Of a stretch of DNA of 64,000 nt, positions 19,060 to 44,623 are shown piece after piece (position 1 is the first letter of the stretch; the number at the start of each line of letters is the position of its first letter). The notes under the pieces were generated by a model. It searched no databases. It had not been told where the DNA came from and worked only from the letters and a program-made list of their open reading frames with translations. The stretch comes from Amoebidium appalachense (Eukaryota > Protista > Ichthyosporea), in assembly GCA_963693365.1 (NCBI GenBank), contig CAVNZM010000007.1, positions 124,001 to 188,000 of the forward strand. The letters are read 5' to 3'. Position numbers and translations under genes: made by a program.

Positions 19060-19703
19060 TGGTGGTGTCTGTGCCTGTGCCTGCGTGTGTGTGTGTGTGT
19101 GTGTGTGAAGGAAAGAGGTTGGGGCAGGGAGGGGGTGAAGAGATTGGGTTGAGTCCGGGGATGCACAGCGATAGAAACGTGTTCAATCGATTCTCCAATC
19201 TCAGGAAAGTGTGCGAAACAATCATGCTAAGGCTGCCCCTACGTGTTCTATCGGATATGATCAGTGAACATCTCAACCCCCCCCCCCCCCCCCCGGGGGA
19301 AGAATCCTTTTAAAAACAAAACTGCATTCCTCATACCTTTGTTCCCAACCTTCCTTGTTTCCTATCACTGGTGCTACTCCCCCCCTCCCCCCCTCCTTCG
19401 CTCCACCCCTCCCCCTGCTTTTCCCGGGTGCACGTCAGTCTGTTGCGTTCGAACAAGTTAGAAAACATGAAAGGTTGTGTGTTCCGGGGAAGGGAGGGGA
19501 GGAGGGGAGAGATGGCAAAGTGGAAGAACTTGGGGGAGGGAGGGAAGTGGGGAACAGTGTGTTTCAATAAAAAAATATGAAGTACACAGTCACAACCAAC
19601 AACACAATGAAGATTGTAACGCGTATGCATCATAAGTAGAGCCATAAATCAGGGGAGCCCTAGTAATCCAGCTCAGATCCGGGGGGGCGGCGTGGGGTGG
19701 GGT

Positions 19704-19766
<63 letters not shown>

Positions 19767-22700
19767 AGGGGGGGGGGGATTCATTGCCGTAGCGGCACAA
19801 ACAGATGTATTGAACATACATATAGACGATAAGGATACAATGAGACATACCCCCTCCCTCCCTTCCCCTTCCCCCCTCTCCTCCCCACTACGACCAGAGG
19901 GCAACTAAAGCCTACGCAAAGAAAGTGATGCCCAGCCTTCAAATGAGCCATACAAAACACTAAATAATGTAACGAGCCCCGTCCAGGTGGAAGAATGCAG
20001 GGAATGAACCCAGGGTGCATGCACAAACGAAGGCAGTTCGAGTTAGCTCAAGCTTCAAAGTTGCCTATCCCGTTAGCAAGAGGGAAAAAAATGATGTCAG
20101 CTTGGAGGTGTTTTCCATGCAAGTCGAAACTATCAAAACGATAACGGTGACAATAAGGGCTTGCGTTTGACCAAAACAGGGTGATCGCAATAAGTGCCAG
20201 AAAGGCTAGTGAGGGGAAGAGAGGGCCGGGGGGGGAAAGGGGTGGGAGGTGGGGGGAAGAGGGGAAGGCGGGGAGAAAGGGGTGAAGCACCGAGCAGGGT
20301 TTGAGTGTGGGACGGAAAGGAAGAACAAGAACTACAAGCAAGCATAACGGTACCGTTGCCTCAGACAAAAGAGTACAAGCATCCCTATCAGGCCTCCTTC
20401 ACTAAGGTTATAACTACACGGAATTAGAAACCTTTTCAGAATCCACCATTGAATATCAAAAACTTTAGACCAAGAAGAAGCCAAGGCCACAAGCGCAATG
20501 GACGACAGCAACTTCGTATCCAAATACAACACCAAACTGCAGATCAAGAAAGAGACAAGTGAATCTTGATTGAAGAACACCGAAGTAGACACAGAAGCAA
20601 CCAATGGATAGATGTGAAGTGCGAAAGGATAGCTGGTAATAACCTCACGTTTTCGTCCACAAAAAAAGGTGCCAGTTTTTCTTTCGGTTTTCCCTCCTCA
20701 ACCCAACTGCAAGCAGAAAAACAACTCACGGCATACTATCACACTGAGCAAAGCACAAACACACACAGTGGTTACACGATGATAGATCTCACCTCAAAAT
20801 TTCGTGAAATGTCAACGACGCACCATTTAGTTTGTACTGCCAGCAAAAATGTCTCCTCGCTTCGTTCTTAGTGTCTCTCTCCCGTTGTTTTTCTTGTTTT
20901 TTTCTCTCTCTCTTTTCCTTTTTCTGCTCGTTCAAACTGAGGCTTGGTGGGGGGTTTTATATGCGACGCTTCGAGCAGGAGCCATCGACCATTCTGGTTG
21001 GTTCGTTGCTCTTCGAACCGCTTCCAATCACTAAGATCGCTATTGATATGCCGTGATCGGTTATAAACATAAACCTTAGTTGAATGGTGATAAAAAAACA
21101 AAAGGGATGTTAAACGCTTTAACTTTTAAATAAGAGTGGGAGGTGGCTTATTACACCTGCGACTGAATGCAGATATTTTGGCGAATTCCTGTCATGTGTT
21201 GAAACTGAGCAGCTCCCGGGCCAGAGACAGCGAAAAAAAAGAGACCTTTGAAGTTTCGTTTTCGATATCATCTTTCCCTTATCCTCAGTCTCCACGCCTT
21301 ATCAGCCTATCAGCCCGTCTTTCCAACCACCTACCAATGTCTAACGCAATGCTCAGTCTGTGTGGACGTATCATAGCTGTGCTGGTGGCCAGGCCCCCGA
21401 GTTCCCCTCGAGGCCTCCTGATCTCCCAGGAGATCTTGTTCCCCTCTCGGGTGATTGTTCAAGCCACGCACGCAACATAAACTAACAGCATACTGCCGCT
21501 GGGGTGGTTAACAATAAAGACAAATTTGGCCATGGCAACTCGTCCCATCGTCACATCCTAACAATACATAAATATCCGGGTTGAGCTAGCAGGAAAATGG
21601 CGATGAACGTACCACCGCCCATTCTACTGATTGGAGTTAACAAAACGCTCCTTTTCTCGTCGCCGCGCTTACCTGGGTATGCATTTTACGTTTAACGGTT
21701 GGCTCAGGGTTTAGGGGCGTTTACTGCTTAGGAGTTACAGTCGCAAAAGTGAAGTGGAAATCGGCTGCTTTGCACCACCAACAGACGCAAGCAGAATGTT
21801 CAGGAAAGCCGGAGAGAAAAGCAGATGGTGTGAACTTGGTTGCCATTGGCATGTAAAGAATGAACTTTACGAACATAGAGTTTGAACCCTCCCCCCTCCC
21901 CCCCCCCCAAAGAAAAAAAAAAAGAAGGGGGAGTTGGAACAGCGCTAGCAACCATAAGGTACGCGTGAAACTGCACGCGCAAGCATTCTGTGTGCTAAGA
22001 TGGAGTACAATGACCATATTATACACGAGGCTGATCCAACGATATCAGAGTCACATGGCACTGAAAGAGCCACATTATTGGAACTTATCGAAGTGTGAGG
22101 CAACCTTCCTCTCTCATGGTTGCACTTTTTTCTTCTAAAGACCCTTTTTGTCGTTTTTGCGCGTGCACGTGTTTCGGAATTCGAAAGGGGCGAAGGCAGG
22201 GTCAACGACAGGGCGAGAGAGAAGTAGATCTAGAGAGAGCGAGGGAGGAGGGGGGCGGGAGGGGAGGGAGGGGAGGGGGGGGGGGGGGGGGGGGGGGTGC
22301 TTAGAAGGGAGGGAGGGAGGATGGGTCAGGAGGGTGGATTTTTAGGGGAAAGGAGGAGGGTGAGGGAGAGGGAAGGGTTGAAAAAGGGAGGGAGGGAGGG
22401 AAGGAGGGAGGGAGGGAGGGAGGGAGGGAGGAAGGGCATATCATAGATAAGGAGAGAGAGAGGGACGGAGGAAGAGAGACATATTGGCGATGCATTGGAA
22501 ATCTGGACCGTTGGTGCATATTTTGTACCCGGCTTGCTAATCTCTGAGGCTCATGTCGCTTCCGTGCACCATACTTCCGTATACGATACGTTGGAAACAG
22601 TGCAGCCAGGAGATGACGTTTAAGTCAAACCCTGTTGATTACATTCCTCGCTTCAAACCCTGCTTTGGTGTAGGGGGACCACGATATGTCTCCGCAGTTG

Positions 22701-23257
22701 CGCGCCAAGTGATCTGATTGGCCAATGTTCCTGCAGTGGGATTGGTGGATCTAGGCGCCAACTGTCGAATTCCTGTGGCCGCACCGTTGTCGCCGGCAAC
22801 CGTCACACGACTTGCAGTTACAAGTTCACGCACAGACACAGGCACACGGACACACAGCAGTGCATGTTGCGTGTTGCTGTGTGTGGCGGAATTCTGAGAG
22901 AGCTAGAGAGATATTAATAGTTGGCGAAGTATTGAGAGATAGAACAAGACGCAAGGTAATATTTGCACCAAAGCTATTTACTAAGAAAGGGGAGGGGGTC
23001 TGCCCCAGTGGACAGGAACCACACATTGAGCAGTTGGCTACAGTTTTGGTGTGCATGGCCGAAGGCTACGTTTCAGAATTCAGAAAGCTTCCGTTTCCAC
23101 GCATATTTTTTTCAAAAGCCAGCAGCAAGGACTTCTTTCGTGAATCATTACTGCGGTGTAATCACCGCACATTTCCATGTTGTGGTGTGCTGGGACTTGC
23201 TTTTCACAACGAAACTTTTATCCTCTTTCTCACACGTACACCATAAAGCAGGGCAAG

Positions 23258-34688
<11,431 letters not shown>

Positions 34689-36523
34689 AGAGAAAAAATT
34701 CTTGTTCAAACATTCTTGTTCTGACCTGGTTTAGGTAATCTCAACGGTGTAATACTAAACGCGCAGAGAATGGAAGTGGCTTTGACATTCTTGGTACAGC
34801 GTTAGATATTCTGATATGAAACGTGAGCAAGCACATAGTCTAAAGGTGATAATAGTTTCGTAGGTACCCTCCAGGACTAACTGCGTGTGCTCCCCTAGGC
34901 AGTCCCTGCTAAGCTTGACTCGTGCACTATCAGTATATATTTGCCATTGGACACAAACTCGTTTTTTGTGTTGTGATGGCCAGTTTGGCTGGCTAGTTCA
35001 GCCATTTCCAAGACATAGGATCAGATGGGATGGCATCAAACCAAGATCTCAGGCCATATAGGAGGCCTTGCATCAAAAGCATTTTCCTCGTTTTGGCGCC
35101 GCTAGCTGAACAGCGTTGGCTGCAGTAACGCTAAAGGATGGACATGGAAACCGATCTAGTAACCATGAGTGTTCTTGTTGAACTTTTCTTATATTTACTC
35201 ACAGTTTTTCTTGTCTGAATAGGGCCTTCGAGAGAACTCCCCGTAGCAAACTTGCACATTGTACATTACTCATTTACTCTACATCACTCGCTGGTCCTTG
35301 CGCCACGGAAGGCACTGGGGAGCTGGAGGATGTAACTGCTCACACAGGCACACGTGATAAATAAACGACTGCAAATCTTGAACCTGCGTGCTAGCATTGG
35401 TAAATGCTCACAAATTACCCAACACAGCATTTTAATAAAACCACATTCCAGTCTGTGCGATGCTGCAATTTCATTGGACTTTGGATCTGTTGACAAGGAA
35501 AGCATGGCCGAACCTGTATCTTGCAGGCAGGAACCAAAGGCTGAAAGATAAGCGTTTATAGGCCTTTTTATATGGTTAACAATGTCTTAGAGTCAATGAT
35601 TTTTTAAAGTCATAATACTTATAGGGACCTCTTTGTCACATCGACGGTCACCTGGTCGAGTGCGTCGGTATTTGCATCCGTTTGCATCGCTCAGAAGGAA
35701 TGTTTGGCCGCTCCGATTCAGCCCGGGGACAAGATTACCCTCTGCACTGTACTACTCGGCTATACAGAGTCAGTTGGATCCGGAAACGCCTGTCTCAACG
35801 GGTGGCTAGGAAGTTCCATAAATCACCTTGCTCTTTGTTAATAAATCTATGCTGCCTAATTTTATTCAATATTTAATCTTGATGCAAAATAAAGAAATGG
35901 TTGCTGCGTACGCGAACGGGAGGGAGCCTCCGAGGGCCAGCTGCTGCGGCCCTTGAAAGCACTGTTGATCTTATGTTCGGATCAGTCGGATTCCTTGCCG
36001 ACTCCCGGAGTCCTGGGACCAACTGTTCAGCTCGGTTCACTCAAGTTGGTTTCGAAAAACTTTGTTGTCTTCACGCAAAAACTGAAAGACGTTTGGTTTT
36101 CTGGGCATAGCGTTTAGAAGCACTGAAGTTACAAAGTAGCAAAGCGAAAAGGAGTTTTTGCATCCACGAGGGCAAGGGTTGGAATCACAAGGCTTCGCTT
36201 TTCCGAGGGCTATCTTCCGATTTGTTGGGTCAGTTCAACTCGGCTAGCAAAATTTCCAAATTCTGCAGTGCGCCTTTTTCCACTGAGGCAGAGACACAAG
36301 CACTTGACACAGATAATATATCTGGACTAGCAGGGAAACAGCGCTTGCATCTGCACTGCACCATAGTCACACATCCATGCGCATATTAATTCTGTGATAA
36401 CACTCTGTAGCTGAGGCTCCTGATACAGGTTACACACCAACACACACAGACGCAGAAGCCCCTGCAAGAGCACAGGCACTCCAGACCGGGCACATTTATG
36501 CCCCATACATAGCTATAGTGAAC

Positions 36524-37477
36524 ATGAGCAGCATTGCGGCGTTTTCACGCACGTCAGACGTAGGGCTAGGCAAGGGCATATTTGCGCTTGCCGACGTAGA
36601 CCTCGACAGCATATCCGTCCACGATGACTTTTTCTCCGACCAACCGCCAAGTGCGGCACAAGCACAGCCCGTATCCTCTATGTCTGCACAGGACTTTGAC
36701 TTTGTGAACGTCGACCTTTCCGCCAGCGCGCGTAAGCGGAGTGTGTTTGAGGCCACACACAATGCCTTCTTCTCCAAGAGCAGCGAAACCTTCTTCAAAG
36801 CACAGGAAACAACAGCTACCGCTTCCCCCGAGCCAGCCCCCTCTCTTCGACGAAAGACACGCAACCGCTCCTTCACCACACGGGGAGACGCGGCGCAGCC
36901 GGGCATGCAGCGCAGCACGTCCAGCCACAACCTGCGCAGTTCGTTCAAGCGCCAGCAGGCCATGGCTGGCAGCCGCAGTGCCCATGCCTCCCCCGCAGCC
37001 TCTCCTGTTGCCAGCCCAACGTCCTCCCCCCCCAGCAGCCCCACCCCTGTGCACGTGAATAGGGTTGAGCACGTACCTGCCGTGGTTGTCCCCCCCTCGT
37101 CACCTACGCCACAGCCACGACCCCCCACACAGCGGTCACGGTCGTTTACCATCGGCATGGGTTTAAGCAGCACCACTGTTAGCACAAACGGGGCAAGCAT
37201 TCCAAAAATAATCGAAGGGAGGCAGCGGCGGCCAAAAAAGGTGCTTGAGGCGGTGAGTGCGGACAAGAAAAAGAGGGAGTCTTTAATGGCCATGACTTTG
37301 GGTGAGCTACAGGCACACCTAAAGGAACTCAGGGCACAGCTTGCCGAGCAGAATGCTATTATGTTGGAGCAGCTGGAGTTAAGGGAAGAGCTGACGTGTG
37401 ATAAGGAAATTCTGACCGAGCGCCTAGACTACCTTAAAGAAACACCAACACCAGGCGGCCTTACAGTTCCATATTAG
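36524..37477 (+). CDS. Intronless Ser/Pro-rich protein with a C-terminal SCHIP1/FEZ-like coiled coil
   Basis: 317-codon uninterrupted, non-microsatellite ORF. Its C-terminus 'ESLMAMTLGELQAHLKELRAQLAEQNAIMLEQLELREELTCDKEILTERLDYLK' resembles, by eye, the SCHIP1 C-terminal/FEZ1 coiled-coil pattern. Confidence 0.8.
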   Translation: MSSIAAFSRTSDVGLGKGIFALADVDLDSISVHDDFFSDQPPSAAQAQPVSSMSAQDFDFVNVDLSASARKRSVFEATHNAFFSKSSETFFKAQETTATASPEPAPSLRRKTRNRSFTTRGDAAQPGMQRSTSSHNLRSSFKRQQAMAGSRSAHASPAASPVASPTSSPPSSPTPVHVNRVEHVPAVVVPPSSPTPQPRPPTQRSRSFTIGMGLSSTTVSTNGASIPKIIEGRQRRPKKVLEAVSADKKKRESLMAMTLGELQAHLKELRAQLAEQNAIMLEQLELREELTCDKEILTERLDYLKETPTPGGLTVPY

Positions 37478-37869
37478 GTGGGCAAAGATTTGAAAAAAAA
37501 ATGCTTTTCGGGTAGAGTCGTGATTCTGAGATGTAGTGGTTGGTTTACACGGCGGGGCAGGGCATTTCGAAAGGACGAGCAGCTTGACATACGTTGTTGA
37601 CAAGTAGGAAACTTCTATTGCGACTGTACATAGGAGGTGATATACCTAGAGACACGGTGAACTTGTCATGGCGCCGGGAGAAAGTGTGTGAGTTATACTT
37701 GTTGAGATATACATGTTGAAATATGATGATATGCTCGTTGCAAATGAAGTGTAGACTAGAACTTTTAACACGCAGAGGCAATCAAATACAAAACGTTGCT
37801 TTCATGCAACAGAAACGGATCGGTTTTGTGCCTGGGAGGGAGATGTGTCTGTGTGTGTTTTGAACACAC

Positions 37870-37918
<49 letters not shown>

Positions 37919-38944
37919 CACACACACATACACAAAGAAGCCAAAACTACTACACTGAAAGCACCTACGGTTAATGCCTATGAATAATTGTTACACACAC
38001 ACACACACACACAAACAAGCAAAAACACCCAAGTTGCTGCACTGAAAGCACTGGGTGCCTATGCCATATGCACTAACGTGCATGTGAGCATCACAAAAAC
38101 AGACTCAAGCTGGAATTGCCTGAGGTTCGGCGGCGGGCCCATCTGCACAGCACCTTCACATTACGGCAGGCATGGACCCGTGAACGGTCACCATAAATGA
38201 GAGCATGGATGATTAGTCCATCCGTTATAGGGAATGTACACATGCGCAAATGCACATATGCAAGCAAACACGTCCCTGTACAATACACACATAAACAAAC
38301 CCTACACTCATCATTTTTATATCCAAACCACACCTGTCGTCCCCTGGCCGGTGCTATACAGGTCAAAATATCAAACGATCTCACCGCTTCCAGACCGCCC
38401 ATATTCATGGCACCCACAGACATGGAATATACTTTCTCGTTCACCACACACACGTACGTGCACACACACACACAAGCCTAGTATTAGGTTGACAGACTTG
38501 AACACACCGCACGTGTATGTGCGGGCAGGAGCCGACCTAATATAATGAACAGTCATGAGGATTGCTATGCGCGGGTGGCGTGGCCTTGGCCAGAGCGCGT
38601 GTTGGCCATGGCCAGAGCGCGTGAAATTTTCGATCCCTGAGCTCGAGTGTGACTTGCCCGAGCCGGCTCGTGTAAACCACACCTCCTACAATAATGATCC
38701 AGGCTTTCCAATATATATATATATATATAGGCACGGCCACCGACCTCACGATTGATGACTGCAGGCCCTAAACCGGTGTGAGGGCCTATGTCCGAGTCTG
38801 CACTCAGCACGTATGGAGCTGGGATGCACTAGATACTCGGTGCACAGCTTGATAACAGGCCCACGCTCTTTCACAAACGACACATTCCCGAATGGCAAAG
38901 TTGCCGATGAGAGACAAGAAAGCATGAATGTAAACAAGTGCACA

Positions 38945-39068
<124 letters not shown>

Positions 39069-40063
39069 CCCTCCCCCCCTCCCCTCCCTCCCTCCCCCCC
39101 CCTCACCTAGAGCTCTCCCCCCCCCCCTCTCCCCCCCCCCCCTCCCCCCGGGGGGCCCCCCCACAGACACCCAAAAAGAAAAACAATTAAAGAAACGGAA
39201 GGGAAGAAAGAGAGAACGAAAGAATGATTTGCATGAGAAAGACCAAGAACTTGAAGAAAGAACCACGGCCCTCTGAAAAAAAGAACACGACAGAACCGCC
39301 ATTTGGGGGGTTATGTGCTAACCCCCATTTGGTAGAAAAATCATACTTTTTACTTCCGATGAGTACGACAGTCACAACCTTCATCTTCATCTTCATGCAA
39401 GTAATATACACCGCGTGCATCTCTCCAGAATAACTGCTTATGATCCGTCATTCATATTCCCCAGCACTGAAATCGTCACCAGGACGTCGATGGATGCTCA
39501 CACGCACACATCAGATGCCAACCGTTAAAGGGTAGGTAATAGTCGGATGTGAAAAGCTCAGGCTTACGGTAAACGCATTGGGCTGAAAACCACACATACC
39601 ATGGCCACCTACCAGCCTGCCGTCCTTTGACTAGCCCTTAAAGCAGCTGGAATCAAGTTTGCCGCACGCATCCATAGAGAGCACAAGTCCTGGTATACAC
39701 TCTCCGAAGATAAATGTCGGCTCACCTAAAGATCCTTCCTCTCCTATGAACACGGACAAAAACATACTATCCAAGGAAGCGAGCCTTGAGATAACTTTAA
39801 CATAACACACACACACACACACACACATGCACACACACACACACGCACACACACACACACGCACACACACGTGCGCACAACAGGCTTACGCGCACATACG
39901 CACACACGCACACATGGAAAGTCTGGCCCAGGCCGGTTTTTGGGCCGGTCATGATCAGCCTGGGGTTTACACACTTTTTATTGCGTGGACACTGCCGGGG
40001 GCCTAGCCACACTCGACGGCCTACTGCGTTTTCCAGCGCAGCCAATCAATGAAATGCAGCTAG

Positions 40064-40364
40064 TGACATATGTACATGCTAGGCAACAATTAGCGCCATC
40101 GTAGTATACGACACCCCTATTACATATTATGGGTAAGCAGAGGCTAGCATCGGTAGCTCCAAAAGAAAGTTAATTATAAGGCACCCGGTATCACATTGGG
40201 TTACTGTGCAGCACTGACATATGTACATGCTAGGCAACAATTAGCGCCATCGTAGTATACGACACCCCTATTACATATTATGGGTAAGCAGAGGCTAGCA
40301 TCGGTAGCTCCAAAAGAAAGTTAATTATAAGGCACCCGGTATCACATTGGGTTACTGTGCAGCA
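40064..40364. repeat. Exact tandem duplication, 151-bp period
   Basis: tgacatatgtacatgctaggc...gggttactgtgcagca at 40064-40213 and 40215-40364. Confidence 0.95.
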
Positions 40365-40922
40365 TTAATAAGATGATCTAGGATAGTCATTTTAAAACGG
40401 ATATATTGAGGAAGAGAGGGAGAAAAGAGAATAAAACCGCCAAAAACTTCCGGTTCTATTACGATGATGTAGTACGAAAAGGTAGCCCTACGTTAGCTAA
40501 CAGGTTACACTTAATGATAGATATGCATCCGCGAGTAAACCGCCCACCACACATACTACACATACGACCAGGTGACACCAGAAACCGTCGAAAATTTCGG
40601 AACGAGACTTGCTGGTTGAGTGATCTCTGAAAAAGGAATATGCAGTTACCTGATCTACAGAAAATCCTGTGCCGCAGTTAGAATTTAAAAAAACACATTA
40701 AGCAACCAATGTTTAAAGCATTTATTTCGCACAGCCTTTGGCTGGCTAAAACTGTATACGCCTAAGCTTTTGCCGATACCCTTGCTCAGGATCAGACAAC
40801 GTCACCGGGTTCTTTCAGAAAACGAAGTCATGCAAGAAGAAGGAAAAACTAGGCGAGGCCACATGTTGTAAAGTGAGGGGGTGGAAGGCAAGAACAGATT
40901 TGTTTGTATTTGGGGCTAGTTG

Positions 40923-41065
40923 CATCTGGCTGCTTATTCACTTTGGTCAGAGCACTAGACATTAACTGTTACAGGAGACGTGTGACCACAAAACATCTGG
41001 CTGCTTATTCACTTTGGTCAGAGCACTAGACATTAACTGTTACAGGAGACGTGTGACCACAAAAC
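40923..41065. repeat. Exact tandem duplication, 71-bp period
   Basis: catctggctgcttattcac...gtgaccacaaaa starts at 40923 and again at 40994. Confidence 0.95.
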
Positions 41066-41192
41066 CTGTAAACAGAGCAACCTTCTTTGCGTAAGATCAC
41101 TTCTGAATGTTATTCTAGACAAAGAGAGCGTGTTTTCTTGTTTCCTTTCACTAAAGGTTATGCGGTGAGAGGCTTTGCGGCCAGACGGCGCT

Positions 41193-41371
41193 ATGGAGGC
41201 ACCCGTGCTGGACAGGTGTGTGTGTGTGTGTTTTATGTTATTGCATCTCAGTTGGATGTGTGTGTTTTTTGTGGTCGTGCGTGCGCATGTTCCAGGGCAT
41301 TAGATGTGCGCTTGAGAGATTTTGTGGGTGCGTATGTGTGTGTTTGTGCATGTGTGTGCGCATGGTGGGTG

Positions 41372-41433
<62 letters not shown>

Positions 41434-41644
41434 CGTGTGTGTGTGCGTGTGCGTGCGTGTGTTTGTGTGTGCATGTGTGTGTTGCGTGTGTGTGTGTGTG
41501 CGTCTGTGCGTATGCATCTGTGTGCGTGTGTGACAAACCGTGTGTGTGTGCGCGCGCGCGTGTGCTTGGGGGAGCAGGAGGTATTGGCAGGCAGGAAGGG
41601 CTTTTTTTTTTTGTTGTTGTTGTTGTTTTGGTGGTGGTGGTGGT

Positions 41645-41682
<38 letters not shown>

Positions 41683-42186
41683 TAGGATTATGTGCCGAGC
41701 ATAGAATGCGTCTCTATGTTCATGGCTGGACGCACGTGGGTATGTTGGTGGCAGATTGGGGCCTTGCGTGACTTTGGCCTGTGTGTGCAATGGTGTGGGT
41801 GTCGTTGCACTGTTGAATAGGTTTATTGGTGACGGTGGTGTGTTCATTTGCCGTTCGGGTGGGGCTTTTTGGTTGAGGGGATGGGGGGGAGGAGGAGGAG
41901 GAGGAGGGGGGGGGGGGGGGGAGGGGGGGGGGAAGGGAGGGGGGTAACAGGTAGGGCGTGTGCTAACAGGCAGGCACGCACTCCGTACTTGTGTGTGCTG
42001 AATGGTCCTCAAACATATGCCGTGTGCTTGTGCTTGTGTGCGTTGGTGGCAGCATGCGGGTGGTTGAGGGGGAGGGGCTAGTGTAGATTGAGGTTGAACG
42101 GAAACTGGCACACGGGAGCTGAAAGGGAGCAAGTCAACTCACAGACCTGGGTGGCATGAATGGAGCACGAGAAGACGGGATTTGGG

Positions 42187-42268
<82 letters not shown>

Positions 42269-42354
42269 CTGTGAGTGTGTATGTGTGTGTGTGTATTTGT
42301 GTGTGTGTGTGTGTGTGTTGTGTGTGTGTGTGTCCGGGTTTTTTTTTTTTGGTG

Positions 42355-42386
<32 letters not shown>

Positions 42387-42401
42387 GTGTGCAAAGACCT
42401 T

Positions 42402-42479
<78 letters not shown>

Positions 42480-43528
42480 GAGGGGAGGTTGCGTGTGTGC
42501 TGAGAAGCTCTGTTTTTTCCAGGGTGCGCAGCAAACTGCTTAGCCTGCAGGCCTACACGGCACTGAGTGTTGTTGCAGCAGCAGCAGCCATCAGCCATGC
42601 CGTGCAGAGGGTCGGGGTGTGGCCTAGTGGAAGCCACCCACTATTGCTGGTTATGGGCGCCATGTTCAGAGACAAGCTGTGTGTCGTGGTGGGTGCATGG
42701 GGCAGGCGTGGGGTGGGGGCGATTGGATGGGTGTGGGTGGGGTGGTGGGTGACGTATACATGGGTGTGGTGGTGGGTGATTAGATGTGGGTGGGGTGGTA
42801 GGTGTTTATAGACAAGATGGATATGGTGGTGGGTGACCTATGCATGTGTTTGGTGGTAGGTGACCTATGCATGGGTGTGGTGGTAGGTGACCTATGCATG
42901 TGTGTGGTGGTAGGTGACCTATGCATGTGTGTGGTGGTAGGTGACCTATGCATGTGTGTGGTGGTAGGTGACCTATGCATGTGTGTGGTGGTAGGTGACC
43001 TATGCATGTGTGTGGTGGTAGGTGACCTATGCATGTGTGTGGTGGTAGGTGACCTATGCATGTGTGTGGTGGTAGGTGACCTATGCATGTGTGTGGTGGT
43101 AGGTGACCTATGCCTGTGTGTGGTGGTAGGTGACCTATGCATGTGTGTGGTGGTAGGTGACCTATGCATGTGTGTGGTGGTAGGTGACCTATGCATGTGT
43201 GTGGTGGTAGGTGACCTATGCATGTGTGTGGTGGTAGGTGACATAAACATGTGTGTGGTGGTTGCTGCGACTAAACATACTCCTGCCTTATCTTCTATGC
43301 AGCCCATGGTACACGCTGCCACGTGACTTGCATCTCCCCCTACACATGCATATATCTAACCCCCCCTCCCCCTCCTAGACGATGGTCAACATGGCCTACA
43401 CTTTGCTGCTGTGGCTGGCAAAGGCCCTGCAGGCAATCATCTTTGGCCAGTTAAGGGTCATCGAGAGCCAGGTGCCTTATTCTATATTTTTATTATTTTT
43501 TACTTTTATTTGTTTGTTTTTTTTGTGG

Positions 43529-43570
<42 letters not shown>

Positions 43571-44591
43571 GTCTCGAAGCACGAAGGATCGAATCTCCCA
43601 AAAAGCTCGTCTATGGCTTGCGGTGTGCACGTGATGATGATCTGTGTGCGTGCGCGCGGGGCAGCGAGGGAAGGGGTAGGGTGAGGGGGGGGGGGGGGGG
43701 GGGGGGGGGGGTGTCGCACTAATAAGTGTATGAAAAGTGACGTATGTGTTTGTGTGTGCGGGTAGGGGAAGGGGAGGGGGGGGGTGGGGGGTGCATATGT
43801 TCATGTTTGCCTGTTTGGTCGAGTTTGTCCTTTTTATGAAGTGGGCATAGTAGGTCAACAGACAGCGTGTCAGTAGAAAGGGGATCCCCCCCTACCCCCC
43901 GCTCCCCCACCCCCACCCCCACCCCGTTCCCCCCTCTCCCCCTCCCCTTTCTCTTCCTCCCCCCCCCCCCCCCCCTTCCCCCCTTTTGTGAAGGGTTGCC
44001 TGTTGGTCGACCTTGTTCCTTTGCTTTTTTGTTTATTTGCTTCTTGGCCATGTAGTATGGCAGCAACAAGGACCAGTGCTTTGTTTCTGCTGCTCACACT
44101 GATTTGTTTGCAGCACATGTACGACCGGCTGCTCAACTATCTCATGTACAAGATCATGTTTATCAGCGCAATCCTTGAGCCGGACCTCAAGGTGTTTTTT
44201 TTTTGTTTTTTTTGTTTGTTTTTTTTGTTTGTTTTTTTGGTGGGGGTGGGGCGGGGAGGGGGGTGAGCGGGGAGGGGGGGGGGGGGGAGAGGGGGAGGCA
44301 GGCTGAAAGGTGGTGGGTTGAAGCTGTTGTATGTGTGCACTTTTGTGGAGTGTCTGCTAGCGGTTAGAGGGATTACGGGAGGGAATGTGTGAGGGTAGAT
44401 GGGCGCCTATGTGTGTGTGTGGGTGTGGGTGCATGAGCGTGTGTGGGTTGGGGTGATAGTGGGTGCATGTAGGTGGGTGTAGGTGTTTGTGCGTTTGGGT
44501 GGGTGGTGTGGTCGGCAGTATGTGTGTGTGCGTGTGTGGGTGGGTGGGTGGGTGGGTGGGTGGGTGGGTGGGTGATTCAGTGTGTGTGTGT

Positions 44592-44623
<32 letters not shown>

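Noticed and set aside
21666-21730. cttacctgg resembling the U1 snRNA 5' end, and a nearby ttaggg
   Set aside because: No downstream U1 stem-loops are recognisable, and there is only a single telomere-like hexamer.
20048-22300. Short ORFs between the divergent ankyrin genes as a possible decayed TE or gene
   Set aside because: No recognisable domain or consistent exon chain; treated as promoter/intergenic.
36496-37293. 265-aa and 168-aa antisense ORFs
   Set aside because: They are shadows of the plus-strand gene at 36524-37477.
42780-43326. Repeat proteins (SPTTTHMHR)n / (VVGDLCMCV)n
   Set aside because: A 27-bp minisatellite within AMFR intron 2, with no unique coding flanks.
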